64,000 bases of DNA from Raillietiella orientalis. Taxonomy: Eukaryota. Position 1 is the stretch's first letter, and each line of letters starts with the position of its first letter. Positions 37,250 through 53,049 of the stretch are shown one piece after another. The translations under genes were made by a program, and so were the position numbers. The stretch spans positions 1,612,001 to 1,676,000 of the forward strand of contig JAYWIR010000024.1 in NCBI GenBank assembly GCA_036172245.1. The letters are read 5' to 3'. The notes below the pieces were generated by a model, which saw nothing but the letters and a program-made list of their open reading frames with translations, ran no database searches and had not been told where the DNA came from.

Positions 37250-37500
37250 CCCCTCGAGCTCCACGGGGGTCCGCTGCTCCGCACAACCCCGGCCACTCAT
37301 CAGGGGCATCCGGTTTGAACCGCTACCAGTGCCGCACCCGGACAGAGGCCAACCAACGTCATCTCGCGGGAGGGACGCCAACTCACGATGCACCCCCCAC
37401 CTCTCGGCATCGATCCTTCCCCGGGTGGGATTCGAACCCGCGACGCTTGGTACCACGCCTTGCGGAGACCGTGACCTCATGGCCTCCGGACGCGGGCATT
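37250..37500 (-). mobile_element. tRNA-derived SINE-like element
   Basis: Perfect B-box GGTTCGAATCC on the minus strand (37438-37428) inside a T-arm-like gtcgcgggttcgaatcccacc, with an A-box-like ggccatgaggtc upstream. No intact acceptor stem is evident. Confidence 0.5.
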
Positions 37501-39899
37501 CGAGCTGACCGTGTTCGTGTCTCGGACAACCTCCCCTCACTTTGGAGAGTTCGCTCTCCTCCCTTGTGACTTCTCCTCCTACGAGGGAACCGGGACCTCC
37601 CATAGGCGAAGGAGCTGAGAAACAGGAAGGTCAGCTTCCGCTCGTCCACCTCCCCAGGAGCAAGGTGGACGACCGGAAGCTCCTCGCCACTTGGCGGAGA
37701 CACGCCTCTCTCAAAGCGCAGTCCCGAGAGCACCCTCCCCCCCCTCCGTCAACGAGACCTCGGGCTCCCTACAGGCGGGCATTTCCGGAGCAAAGACCTG
37801 CTGTCCCGCGACGGTCATCCAGCAGATCCAGGCGCGCTTCTGCTTGTTCTTAGTCAGCTGATCTCACTCATCTCACGTGGAAGTCACGTTCCTGTTGACC
37901 CGCTTTTCTGCCAGCAGTCAGCGGAAATTCTCCCCCCCCCCCCTCTTCTCCCCCGGCTGCTGCGCGCATGACGGGGAGCGGAGGGTGCGGCTGGAAGGAA
38001 AGGAGGATTCTTCTCGCACTTCCCGCAGCCGCAGCGATCCTTCGAGCGCCTGCGCTGCTCGCGGCGCCGCTCGAAAGGTCGAAAGGGATGCGTGGGCGGA
38101 TGCAAGGACTTCCCAAGTTCCCTCCAGGCGAGAATCCCCTCGGTCCGGAAGAGGACGCTTACGGACGAAGGGGCATCGGGACCCGGATGCGGATGGGAGG
38201 AAACTCCGGCGGAAGTTGTTCACCGCGTCCGGCAGGGTTGCCTCCCTCGAGCTGCTTTTTTTGCGGGAGGGGACGGCGCGCTGCAGATCCGGACGGGCGA
38301 GCGTTTCCTCGCGACCGGGCAGATAAGAAGCAAACGGCCCTTGGAACACGATAACCCCAAGCAAACACTTGTTTTATCGTGTTCCGCAGGCCTGTGCCCT
38401 CACACGTTCCTCCTCTCCCTCCGGAGAGCTCCGGCATCAGGCGACCTACAGCGGCGCGCGCGCGCCAAGTGGCACGTCGGGGGAGGGTGGAGATGGGGTG
38501 ATTCCCCACCCCGTTTGTTTTCCCTTCGCAGCTCGGCCAGGAGCGCAGCCGTTGCAGCGAGCGGAAACGCGGTGGCGGCCCGGGAGGGGGAGGGGGGGGG
38601 ATCCGTCCGGTACGAATTTTTTTCGTCTTCTTCCGGCGGAGCGTTTCCGGTGTGAACTCGACGGGAAAATTCGCGCATCTCGTGAAGAAGAAGAGCGAAC
38701 GGCAATTGCGTGGTTGCCTATTTCCACCTTCGGGGATAAGGGGCATGGAAGGAGGGCATTACTTAGCACATGAAGTATCTCCGGAGACCTTGCCTAAATG
38801 TGATTACCGGAACATTCCCTAAATAGCAAAGAAAGGGAAAAGAAATGCAAGCATGGAATACGTCGATGCCTTGTTTGTTTGCATGTGTGTGTGTGTGCGT
38901 GTGTGTTTTTTGATAAATTCGATTGGATGTATTCGTGGTTGCACTTCTCGTGTTCACTTCGTGATCGATACATCAAATCAGCACCGAGGCGCCATCTTTA
39001 CTCGAAACACGGAACTACCGTGGCCGCGGTCTCGGCTCGTTCCCTTGGAGAAGGGCTGGGAGAGCGAACCAGCAGACCCCACGACAGCCAAACTCCAAAA
39101 AGTCATCCATTCGAAGCTTTGTATTTTAGGAAGTGATTCGAGAAGCGAACGTGAGGCATCCGTGAGCGAAAGATGTTTGTCGGAAAAATGATCGTATCAC
39201 AAAAATTCAGCAATAAAAATCACCATCACCATATGAAGAATGGACGGGCATTATGCCGATCGAGGAGCACTCGGCTCCTCTCAGTATGTTACTTGCAAGT
39301 GTTTTTTTTCTTCTTTTCTCTCTCTCCCGTGAAGATAAACAGGAGACCAAACAGACCTCTGGAATGCAATAAAATACGAAAGTGTTTTTGAATGATGAAT
39401 TCTTTCCGAGGAATCTGACTGAATTAGTGTTTTAGTGAAGGGGGGAAGAAGAACGATCCCATGGGATGAAAGTGGCGATGTCTGATTCAGGAAAGGAGGA
39501 AGAGGTTTCACTCCGTGGTTCGCCGTGGGAGCAGGGATCTGCGCATACTCACTCAAGGTTCCAGAAGGCTGCAGGATGTTTCGGATTTTCATACTCTCGC
39601 AGCTTTTCAAGCAAGGAGCGAGGGAAAGAGAGACTCAAGAGCAAAACTTTCCCGTGATTTCGGTCAGGCGACTGCAGCATCTTGCCTGAGAGATCACCTG
39701 CGAGGTTGCCTTTGGGACCGCTCACGCTTGCAAACGCTTCATGACGCCAAACCTGTCTTTGACTCACGGTGACTTCTCGCCCCAAATTTCCTGGCGAGTT
39801 TCTCAGTAGCCACCGCTTCTTTCCTTCCCCTTCTTCCTCGAGGTCTTATTACTAGCCTGATCGATCGTGACTGGTCAAGATTTCTTCCCTTTCGGCCAT

Positions 39900-42330
39900 C
39901 CGATATTCTGAATCACCCGCATAGGAGAAGAAGCGATAAGGGAATTCTTCGCTTCGCCTCCGTAGGGGATCCCACTGGCACGTGCATCTCCTGAGAAACA
40001 GCTGCACCTGTTTGCCTTTCGAAGGAGGCAGACAGATGCTTCCCATCCGCCTGTCTTTCGCCGTTCGTTCCGTCGATGCGTGCGTGCATCTTCTCTGAGG
40101 TAGACCGGAGCTCGGCTTGCATTCTTAGATGACCGCTGGATGCGGCGGGGGGCTCCTCTTGGGACCACACTGCTCTGCACACTTCATCTTTCACCTACTC
40201 CAGTTCTTTTACCGACCGGTTCCTTCTCACCTTGAGGTCACTCGGTGCCTTTCTGTGGGAATTCGTTCTCAAAGGAGCTGAAGAAAAATTCGCACTAGGA
40301 AGATCATCGATTAAGGATTTTGGATATCCTTACTTGAATTTAAGAAACGCCCGTGATGTTGCTACTGTCTTCCTCCGAAGATGATTTTTCCCTTGTAAGA
40401 ACTTCGACAACGACCAAAAGCTTCCCCATGTTTCCTGCAACGCGAATTCCGTGCCGTGGAATTTTCGGCTCTTCTTGCTGCCACGAGCTGCGCTGTCATT
40501 AGTGCTTTCATCAATAGTTTCACAAGGTCATTCAAGCTTTTTTCCTCTTCTTTTTGAATTCGAGGCACTTTTAACTGTGTTTTTTTGCCCTCCTGAAACC
40601 AGAGCTTCCGAATGCTTGATCTATTCTGGCACCATCGTGACTATTCCGTAATTTCCCTCAGTGACCTTCCTTCTGGTTTGGAACTCCTTGTCAGCTAGCA
40701 AGCGTTTGTCAGTACCTGTGATCCCTCCGATTTCCGAAGTAGCCCTTGGCCATCCTTGTGGTGATCCGAGCGCAAAGATGTTTTAGAATGCCCTTTGCTT
40801 TTGGACTTCACATCAACATTCCGCACTTTCCTTTAGAATCCCTCCAAGATCCGATCGGAAGTTCGTGGATGTTAAGATCCGGTGGCCAGTGAAAGAACTT
40901 TTTGCACCTACCAGCAAGAGCCGCCAGCGAATATGTGCACGGCGACTGACAGAAGGGCTGCCTTGGGCTGATGGGGCTATCCTATGAAGCTGATACCTTC
41001 ATCATGGATAGCTGTCTTTAGTTGATTACCTCTCCGGGCGCCGCCGTGGAGAATCTAGCCAAGAATTCTCACTGTGGAGTGGTAATGGAGAAGATGCTGC
41101 AAACACCCACAGAGAAGGAACTGTGCAGATTGCAGTGGGAAGTTTGCAAGGATACGCGGGGACATAAAAAATCTCTGGACAGCAGCAGGGCAAGCTTACA
41201 GGCGCACGGAAACAGCATGGGAACTTTTCCACGGTGAGCCCACGGCAACTGTCCACGGACTAGTGCTGGATGGTTCCATGAGGAAGAAGTCCACGGCGGA
41301 TGCGCGCGCTCTGCCCAGCGTAACGGACACGGCTTTCCCTTATGGAAAAACATAGGGATCAAGGGAAAGCCATGAGTTGCGTTGGATTGCACCAGTATTC
41401 CAGCTTCAGGAGCCATTCCAGTCATTCCTCACCTAAGAAGACTCCAGCGGGTTCGCGGATTATCGCTTCATCCAGGCTGATAAAGAGAGAGAAGATAGAA
41501 TTTTTTGTTGTTGTGGGGTCGAAATCGTTGACGGTAAGACGACGTCTTCGTTTCTTTCGATGACCATCCCATCTGCGACCACGTCTCCCATGCAACGATT
41601 ACACAAGCCACCCTTCCCACCCCTTTCGGGACAACGGGGGTTCGGGCAGAGGCTGTTCGCTACAACGAAGTATCTTCCGCAAGTGGTAAATCCGCTGAAA
41701 GAAAACCGCAAAACTTTCGGTGCCAAAGTCGCACCGAAGGACCGAGTTTGTGGTGCTCTCGAGGACTGACTTTCAAGACTCTTGGACGTGGATCCGCCAC
41801 TGTGGGCTTCCGTCGCGAATGCAACCCCCCAGACGAAGAGAGGATTCGTTTCGAAACGTTTGAGAAAGAAGGAGCGAAGAGAGAAAGGGTGAGCTGGAGT
41901 AGATCTTATCGCGAGATCACTCACTGTTCTGGTATCACATTACCGAGTCAGGGGGATGATCAAAGATTCTGCATCTCGCGTGCCTGGATTTCGAAATCGC
42001 GTCCTTTCATTCTATCAGTGCACCAGAAAAGTATCCTCCAACCTACACGAGCACACGGCTCCCCGCAGTTTTTGTTCTGATCTCATCATCATGCTCTCCT
42101 ATTAACTTGCGGATGCTGAACGGATGATTGTTGGAATCTTATCTAGAAGATCTTTCGCAGATGTATTTATTGCATGCATCGGTGAATCACGCCTGAAAAA
42201 CGCTACCTTCAGAAGAAATTGGGCATCTTTGGATTTCTGCTCTTCGGCGAGGTTGATGTCTGGAATTCCGCCTGAAGCTCGTTTCCATGGTATGAGGTGT
42301 TGCAAAGCAGTTTTGGCGTTCCCTTATCTA
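39900..42330 (-). mobile_element. Heavily decayed L1/Tx1-like ORF2 fragments (at least two pieces)
   Basis: LIPWKRASGGIPDI (~LP...GGLG.PD) near 42250, LCPNPRC near 41640, KRLLADKEFQ (post-endonuclease-like) near 40690, and DEVCRAVWS plus WEASVCLLRK (pre-RT-like) near 40030-40180. Confidence 0.35.
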
Positions 42331-43249
42331 GCTTTTACACATGGTTTTTTTGTTTTCTCATCAAGGTATGAGCACCTGTGACCCTGATTATTCACATACA
42401 TCATTAACTGAGAGGTTTGGGAGTTTTGTGTTTTATAGGGGAGGAGCTCACGGATATTTTAGCGGCATTGATGTAGTGACCAGTGGGCCTAAAGTTGAAG
42501 TTACAGATTGAAGATGCAGCAGCCTCTGAAAGGATTTATGGCTTGAAATCTCATAAAACTGAATTTGAAAATAAAAAAAGTATTCCGTTTTTTGAAAATG
42601 ATTTCAATACTAGAAAACAAATACCGCCTGAAATATTTTTCCTTACTTTTATTTCTATACTTCTCTCATCACATTTCAAGAGACCATTATCTACGCCTTC
42701 TAAATCACGGAACTTGTGCCCGGATCTCCGAACTCCATTTCTTTGGAGCCGTATAAATGATCATTTTGCAAGATGAACTTTGATGCCTTCTGCAGACCGA
42801 AACCACGAGTGTAATCGAGTTTCGCCCTCGAAATCTGCACGGAATCTTCCGTTTTTTCATTTACGAGATTGCACGCTTTGTATTCTGCATGTGCCGAACG
42901 GACAAGTTGAATTAATGCCTTCCGCATGGCTGAATGTTCCTTTTAGAAAATTCGAAAGTTCCCCTGAAGTTCCTTGAAAGTACTCGGAAGCAGAATGCTG
43001 TTGCTACATTACCATCCTTTGTAATCAGATTTCGTCGTTCGGTGCTGCCCAAAATACGCGAGCCTCTAGGACACGAAGAAAGCCCCCGTACAAAGCCCCG
43101 CCACCAAATGATTCTCTCAGGGAAGCAGAACACGCGGCCATCTTGCGAACGCAAAAGGCACGAGCGGCCCATGTGCTGACGAAAGCCAGGACGAAGCTAA
43201 AAGCGAGGCCTCGCGAAGACGTAACAGACCCTCGCACGGGCGCGCACGG

Positions 43250-43570
43250 TTTCGTGGTGCTGCAAAAATAGCCTGCATTGGTGAACATCTGGTCGCGAGG
43301 CAACAAACAGCCTCACGGCGCGCAAACAGCAACAGTACCAAAGCCTCCGAAGCCTAGTGCGGTGACGCAACAATAGCCCGCATTAGTGAACACCGGAGCG
43401 TGAGGCAACAAACGGCAACAATGCCAAAGCCTACTATGTACCACCGTGCACACTACCAAAGGCTAGTGCGGTGACGCAACAATAGCCCGCATTAGTGAAC
43501 ACCGGAGCGTGAGGCAACAAACGGCAACAATGCCAAAGCCTACTATGTGCCACCGTACCAAAGCCTAGTG
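43250..43570. repeat. Tandem repeat, unit about 102-109 bp, about 3 copies
   Basis: The unit ctagtgcggtgacgcaacaatagcccgcattagtgaacaccggagcgtgaggcaacaaacggcaacaatgccaaagcctactatgt... starts at 43354 and 43463 and restarts at 43565. A degenerate copy precedes it from about 43250. Confidence 0.9.
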
Positions 43571-45038
43571 TCTAGCTTCAAGTGTAGAGGACGCGCTCAG
43601 AAGGCGCGGACGGAAGAGTCCCACGCCTGGAACGAGCTGCTGTGGGCGGAGAACGTCGGTATGCGCGCAGACTGATTCCCGGGGGCCGGGTCAGTAGGGC
43701 CTCAGCGCTTTGGCGTTCACATGCTTGTCTCCTTCGGGAGATATCTGGACACCCACGCAGGGCGTGGTCCGAGGAGCTTCTCAAAACCGGGAAAACGTTG
43801 CCAGCCAGGGAGCCAAAGTCCGCCGACTTGTTCGGAGGACGGGCGACGGCTTTCCGAGTGCATTGGCTCCCGCTCCCCAGCGCTTCTTGAGGGTGGCACG
43901 AGCTCGGGAAGGCGAAAGTCACGCTGGAGGTGGCTCCCGAACGCACGGCTTTGCCCGCCGGGAGGCACATCTGCCTTTTTAGGAGACTTCTCCAGTCCGG
44001 GTGACGTAAGCTCGGGATGTTGGAAGTTTCTCTTTTTCCAACCCCCTTCGTTCCTTGCGCCTGTTCTCTTTTGCCGCCAGAGGGATCTGCAGATCCTCTG
44101 TGGATCCCCAGAAGCGCTCCCGAGCTGCAGCTGTTTTGCTTCGTCCGTTCGCCCTCCTCGTTCTTCTGACCTGTCGGATCAGGAGCCGTCACCCAGCAGG
44201 CAGAGTTTCCAAGGTCACTTCTGGCGCTCCTTCCTACCCTTCTCCCTCCCTTCCTCGGTCACGAGGATCTTTCATCCCGCAGCGATCCGTCTAGGTCAGT
44301 CGTTGAGTGGACCTCACCTCTCAGACGAGCTGCCCGCTCCCGCGAGCGGAAGATGCTACTGCGAGAGTCACCAGACGGAGTTCTTACGCGTTGCGGCGAC
44401 AAAGCCGAGGGGCTTTCGAACGCTTTTTTCCCGAGCTGGAACGGGATTTGAGGATCCCCCCCCTTTTCCTCCTCCCTCCACGACCTCCAAGGTTTCTCCC
44501 CTCCCCTTCTCTCCATGGTGCCACTCACCCCCTGGGAGTAAGCGCTCTACCGCGGGAGGAAGAGGAAGCATCTTCATCGAGGGCTGAACGAGAGACACGT
44601 GCCCTCTCTGTCCCTCCCATCTTCCTCCTCCCCTCAACCAGGGACTCTCTCGGAGGGCTGGGAGAAGGCCACGGCGTGCGCCCCCTCGGAACTTCCCTTC
44701 CCCTCCCCATACGCAGGGAGAAAAGGGAGGAGGAGGAATAGAGCGGGTCCCAGCAGCAGCTCAGGTACAGGGATGCTGTGACCCGGATGGTGATCATTTC
44801 TCTGTATTCAGCAAAGCGAAAACCAAGGTCTCGTGTGGAACTGGGGGGGAGTCGCTGGTGCGCGCTCGCTCCTCCGTGTTCCTGCCGTCCCTGGCCCCCT
44901 GGTTCCGAGGAAGCGGGGGTCCAAAGGATGAGAGGAAGAAGACGCCGGTTAGTAGAGGGACAGAGGCAGGCGGCGGCTCTGGGCGAAGAAAGAGAGAGAG
45001 AGACGCAGCAACGGTCGCCCGGCGGCCTTCCTGCGGCC

Positions 45039-47681
<2,643 letters not shown>

Positions 47682-50600
47682 TTACAGGCCGCCGCCACCA
47701 TTTCTGGGAGTTTCGCTCAAGTCGGTCCTGCTAACTCATTTTGCGCAGGTATGCTCTCTCACCGGGGAGGAGGACACGGGAGTGGGGGAGGGACTTTCCT
47801 ATCTTTGTCTTTTCGCAATGCGTGCACGTTCTTGAAGTTCATGTTTTCTCCCCCACCCACCCACAAACCCGAGCTAAGCAGAGCGCGCTACGCTAGACAA
47901 ACACTGCAGGTGATTCGTGACAGCAGTCTGTTTTTGGTGACGAGCCATCAAAGATGGAGGTCATCGATTGTTGCGTCACGCCGGATTCTCAAAGGCAGTG
48001 AGTAGACTCTGACACGCTTCTCGGGAACTTTCTCGCCACGAATCCCCTTGCTGCCTCTGCATGCAAACCTCGGCTTGGAAGACGCGGAGGCATCAAGAAT
48101 CTCCGAGCACCATCCACCACTCATGAATGAACCCACTCAGCCATATCTCCTCTCCTTCCCGTCTCACTTAACCGTCGAATCGCCCAATGTTCGGCTATCC
48201 ATCCCGTTTAGCACATATGATGATGCATTCAGCAGCAACCATTCTGCGGCGAGGGCTCAGATCGGGGGAAGGTTGGGAGGACGAAAGAAAAAAAAAAAAA
48301 ATCGTCCACGGGCATCACGAAGCAAGCACGGGATCGCCATTCCATATCTCCCGAATGCTTTTCGCAAATCACCCGAGAGACCGTGGCGGGCACGCTACTG
48401 CACGCGACTGTCCCGAGGGTCGCTACGGCAACCATTGTTGCGAAGCGTGCACGGCGAATCGCCACGGCACGCGGGAAACAAAGAAAGCACGGTCAACAAT
48501 GCGAACACGGTCGTAGGCTAGATTCCCACTTACTTTGGAACGGATCACGAGCACGGGAACGTCTGTCACACAGCAAGCGATTCAGTACTTGTGTTGCGTT
48601 CAGAGATTAGCTGCAAACCTTTATTACCTGTGCTAAAAAGAGAGTCATGGCCAAAAATACACGCACTCCCTTACATGGGTTGCTCCACAGAAGTGGAATA
48701 CGGAGGAATCGGCAACGTACTTTCTTGTCCTTTTCTGGAAACGCGATGTGATTTGCAGAAACTCTGGAAATTGGTGCAGAAGCTGGGTTAGCAATTTCTC
48801 CCGAGACAATAGATGGCAGCAATAAAAGCGATCGCTTCGGCCGCATTCGCTCTTGGGCGACGGATAAAGAGATTACGACAGCATCAACCTTCACTTGATA
48901 TCAAAGACGCTGAACGAAGAAATTTAAAAGCGGGGGGAGGGGAGGGGAAAAAGAAAAAAAAAAATCGGAACAGCAAAGCATGGTTTACACTATGCTTTGA
49001 TGGGGAAAAGGAAACATTTCATTTTTCTAACCCCCGGTATAATAGCCATACCAACACCTAGCAGGCAAAATGAACTTAGAGTTAGGAATATGTGTGTGTG
49101 TGTGTTTTCTTTGGGGGGGGGGGGGGGGGGGGGTATTCCCTGTTGACTCGAGGATATGTGGGTGTGTTTGGCAGGCTCTTAAACTTCCATTTACACAAGA
49201 CGCAGTGTTCCTTATCAAACTTCCTTTATTCGAATTGAGAGAAGAAAAAAAAGCAGCGAAAATTTTCTCTTATGAGAAGTTAAGAAGCGCTCCAGGAAAC
49301 GTTTCCAGCATCGAATTTAGCGTAGAGGTACCGAGAAGAAAAAAAAAATCCCGGTTGCTGCTAACACATTTCTACAATGTTTAGTTCTTGTATTCGAAAA
49401 TTCGGGAACTTTTCCTTTGCCTGCAGTTGATGTGTCGAGTTTGTCCGAGCAGCGCTTTTTTTGCCGAACCAACTGCTCAGGAAGCTCTTCAGAGGGACTG
49501 CCCAGAAAGATCCGTGTCCCCATGGTTTTGAGCTACGTTTTTGTTGTTCTTGAAAGTTTCTTCTTTCTTCCCGAAGATCTTCCGCAATTTATCCTTTTTG
49601 TTTTTTGGCTGGCGCTTCGCCTCTCCGCTACTCATTTGTCCATTGCATTCTTCCTTGCACCTCGACTTTCCGTCCTAGGCAGAATAATAATGACGATGGA
49701 ACGTGGGAGAAAGACCTGTTCACCTATTTAAGGATTCCTTCACTGGAATGTCAAATAATAGCATTCCTAGGAAGGAAACCGAACTAATACCTCCCTTCCA
49801 TCTGCGAAATCCCTTCGTAAAGAGTGAATCTGAAACTGGTTTGCAAGCAGGAGGTTGATGCTAAACCTTGAGTCTTAATGAGTCGGGAGAACTTCCAGAG
49901 AGAATAACGAATTCCCGACGCGAAAGCCTTCGGAAAACCTCTCTCTTGTAAACAGGCGGATCGTGGGCCCTCGCGGATTGCGAGGAGGCGACACCGCCGC
50001 TAACCGCCAGGCGTCGAGAACAGCGACGGAGATGCACTCGCGAATTCCTCGGGCAGTTCGCTTGCTGCCCGAGGTCCGGCGGGAAGGATCTCCGAAGGGG
50101 GAGCGCGAAGAGAAAGCCATCCAAGAGACTTCTGGCCGCGGAAGAGCGGTCGGGAGACGGGGCACGCCAAGTTCCGGACGGGGATTCTGCGGCCCTCGAA
50201 GCAGGCTCGTGTCCTTCTCACCGTGAGAAACCCACCAGAGCGATGGGTGCGAAGAGACCGGCCATCAGCACGCCGAAAGCAGCAGAGACATCAGGCGGAG
50301 CGGATGTCTCCGCTGATGTCTCCGCTGGCTCCGTAGCTTCGGGGCCGCGGTGGTGGCATCGCTTTGCAAAGGGCGCCAACTCTGCATCTCGAGCGAGAAA
50401 ACAGAAATAGCAACAAACGGGTGGGTGAAGATGGCCGCCCCACCTCTACCGAGTGGCCACCGCCTGCGGCGACTCCGGCGGGCGGAGCCGCAGCAGCCTG
50501 CCGAGGGAGGGACGAGGAGGCCACCTTCGGGTGTGTGCGCGACGATGGAACGGTCATTACGCGGCCGGGGATCCGGCGGTGCCCGTGTGCTCCGTGGACC

Positions 50601-50749
50601 GAGCCACCACCCATCGGCTGCGCATCAACGGACGGATGGCTGGTGCCCCCACTTACAAGAGGGCATTCCTGTGGGTTTGGTAGTTTTCCACGTTCCTTCA
50701 TTTGCGCTTGAGCTCCATGCTTCCACGAGAGCATAATAACGTGCGAGAG

Positions 50750-51115
50750 TAGCAATACTAGTAATAATAATAATAGCAGTAATAATGATAGTAATAATAA
50801 TAGCAGTGACAGTAATAGTAACAATAGTAGTACTAATAATAATAGCAGTAATAACAGTCATAGTAATCGCAGTAATAATAATAAAAGGGGCAGCAAAAAT
50901 AGTGATAGTAATAATAGCAATAATAACAATAATAGCAATAATGATAGTATTAATAGTAATAAAAGTAATAATAACAATAATAATAGCAATAACAATAATA
51001 ATGATAGTCACAATAATAATAATAGCGATAACAACAATAATAATAATAGAGATAACAATAGCAGTAATTGCAACAATAATTGTAATAATAATAGCAATAA
51101 TAATAATAGTAATAG
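50750..51115. repeat. Degenerate (AAT/AGT/AAC)n trinucleotide microsatellite, about 365 bp
   Basis: Continuous taa/tag/caa/cag triplets. Confidence 0.95.
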
Positions 51116-53049
51116 ATCATTGGCCGTCGTGCCCGAATATTTTGGGGTGCATCTACTGGAGGGCAGGGGGCATTTCACCTTCCGCCACCTACTGTTCCCC
51201 GGGAGAAGCGGCCGCCAGAGCTATCTGGTTCTTGGAGCCTTCCGAAACCCCGGAGACAAAGATGCCTCTACACTGATGGCATAGGGTACCATCCCACGTG
51301 TTGCGCGCGGTGAAATACACGGCGCCCACCCAAGAGGTGGGCTGGTGCGGAGTCGATGCGGGACAGCGGAAGGGTAGGCCGACGGTCGCAGGCCGGGCTT
51401 CCGGAAAAGAGGGAGGGGGCGCTCCGTGGGGTGGCGGGTCTGGTTCGACCTTCTAGCGGGGCGCGTCCGAAGCCTCGGGAAAACTCGGGAGCTTCGCTTT
51501 TCGCGAGGCGCCCTGCTCCGCCGGATGGTCGCGGCGCAAATTCTCCCTCTGGGACTCCCCTGGACCCCCTGGAGGGAGAATCCGGACGCCCCCTGAGATC
51601 CCTCGGGAGGAAGGGAGGGGCGCGGATGGACCGTGTTTCCCGCCGGTTCCACCCTCCTCTCGCGCGGGTTCCCGCCGATGTGACGGAATGCGAGGACGCG
51701 CCTCCTCGTCTCGCGAGTGGGATGGAGAGGGAAGCCATCTCGCCTCGTGGTGTTCCCCCTCCTTCAGGGAGGTCTCTCGTGAGGAGGCGAAGCCCACAGG
51801 ATCGTGGGCCGAGAGAGGGGGGAAGAGGCGGGAGATCCCGAAATACCGGCGCGCCGAGCCCTTCCGTCCTCTTCCAGCAGCCGACCGGGTTCCTTCCAGA
51901 GCTCGCTCGAGGCCGGGTCGACCCGAGGAGGGCGGGGGTTTTCTTCTCCGAGAAACCGCCGCGCTCCCAGGAAGCTCCCGCGGTTTCGCCGCCGCGCAGG
52001 GTCCAGAAGATTCCCGGACGTCTCTCTTCCCGCGGTTCGCCGCAAGCAGGAACCGCCCGAGAACGTCGAAGACCCTCTCGGGGGATGACGCCAGACAGCA
52101 TGGTCGACGGCAGCGAACGCCGCCACGGAAGGGAGGGAGGGAGGGCATCCGAAGAATCGAATCCTCTCTCTGCCCGCAGAGGAGGCGTGCAGATTGAGGA
52201 GTCCGGAGGCGCATGTATGTGCGAGAGACCTTCTGGAGACTCCGGGAGGACACCTCATCCCATCTTCTCCTCTTCCCCCCCCCCTTTTTTTTTTTACAGT
52301 CGGCTCCTCTAAGTCGGGGGCCCCGCCCTCAAAGTCTTCCGTGCCGAGCGCATCGCAGAAGCAGGGGGAAAGGGGGGCGGAGCGAGGAGGAGAAGGAAAT
52401 GGTGCAGACCTATCAGTCGGAGCGACTCTCACCGTTCTTGGGTGTGGTCGACCCACGAAGGCGTTTAAGGGTCACCGTCGCACACCAGTCATCGACCGAT
52501 CCCTTCGGGATACGTCTCAGGAAATTTCTGTGATTCCTGGTGGAAGAGCCGGATTTTAGTGGAAAAGGGGGGGGGGAGCGTCCGGGGATCTTCTGGACTC
52601 CGAGCGGCGAAACCCTGGATGGGGATACTTTGCTGGAGACGTGTCCGGCCGGGATCCTTTCGCGGAGTGGCGGAGTGGGAAGGACGCAAACGTTCCCTCT
52701 TCTTGCTGGCACTTGACCGCAGCGCTCCCTTCGAGTTTCCATGGAGATTTCGCTTTGTCGCCCGGTGTGGGGAAACGCCCACGCATGGACCCCTCTCTCT
52801 CGCGCCTGCGCCTCCAGGCCCCTCAATATGCACGCTTCCGGACCACCGGAGATGGCTGCTCTTCATCCCAACCACAGCGCTCGGACGTGCCCAAAAGCGC
52901 GTCTCGGATGCCCCGCATTCCTCGCGGAGGGCGAGGGGAAAGCGCGAATCCCTCTTCTCCGTCAGATGGAACATCGGAGAAGCCGCAGACTCGGCACGTG
53001 AAAGGGTTGAGGTCCGCCATTCTCCTGATGTCTCCGATCCTCCTTCCGC

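Noticed and set aside
37420..37500. Possible functional tRNA gene
   Set aside because: The B-box is perfect, but no convincing acceptor stem or anticodon arm could be folded; treated as a SINE-like head.
36396..37508. 370-aa ORF and other long Arg/Gly/Pro-rich ORFs across 13-22 kb and 29-60 kb
   Set aside because: They cross repeat boundaries, lack codon bias and motifs, and are expected in stop-poor GC-rich DNA.
43250..43570. Repeat array considered as CRISPR
   Set aside because: The units are contiguous near-identical ~105-bp copies with no unique spacers, there are no cas genes, and the context is eukaryotic.
48669..48678. CArG-like box (ccttacatgg) upstream of actin
   Set aside because: It has a C in the A/T core and the actin TSS is unknown; not distinguishable from chance.
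50625..51276. Ile/Val/Thr-rich membrane-protein-like ORFs on both strands
   Set aside because: Translation of an (AAT)n-type microsatellite.
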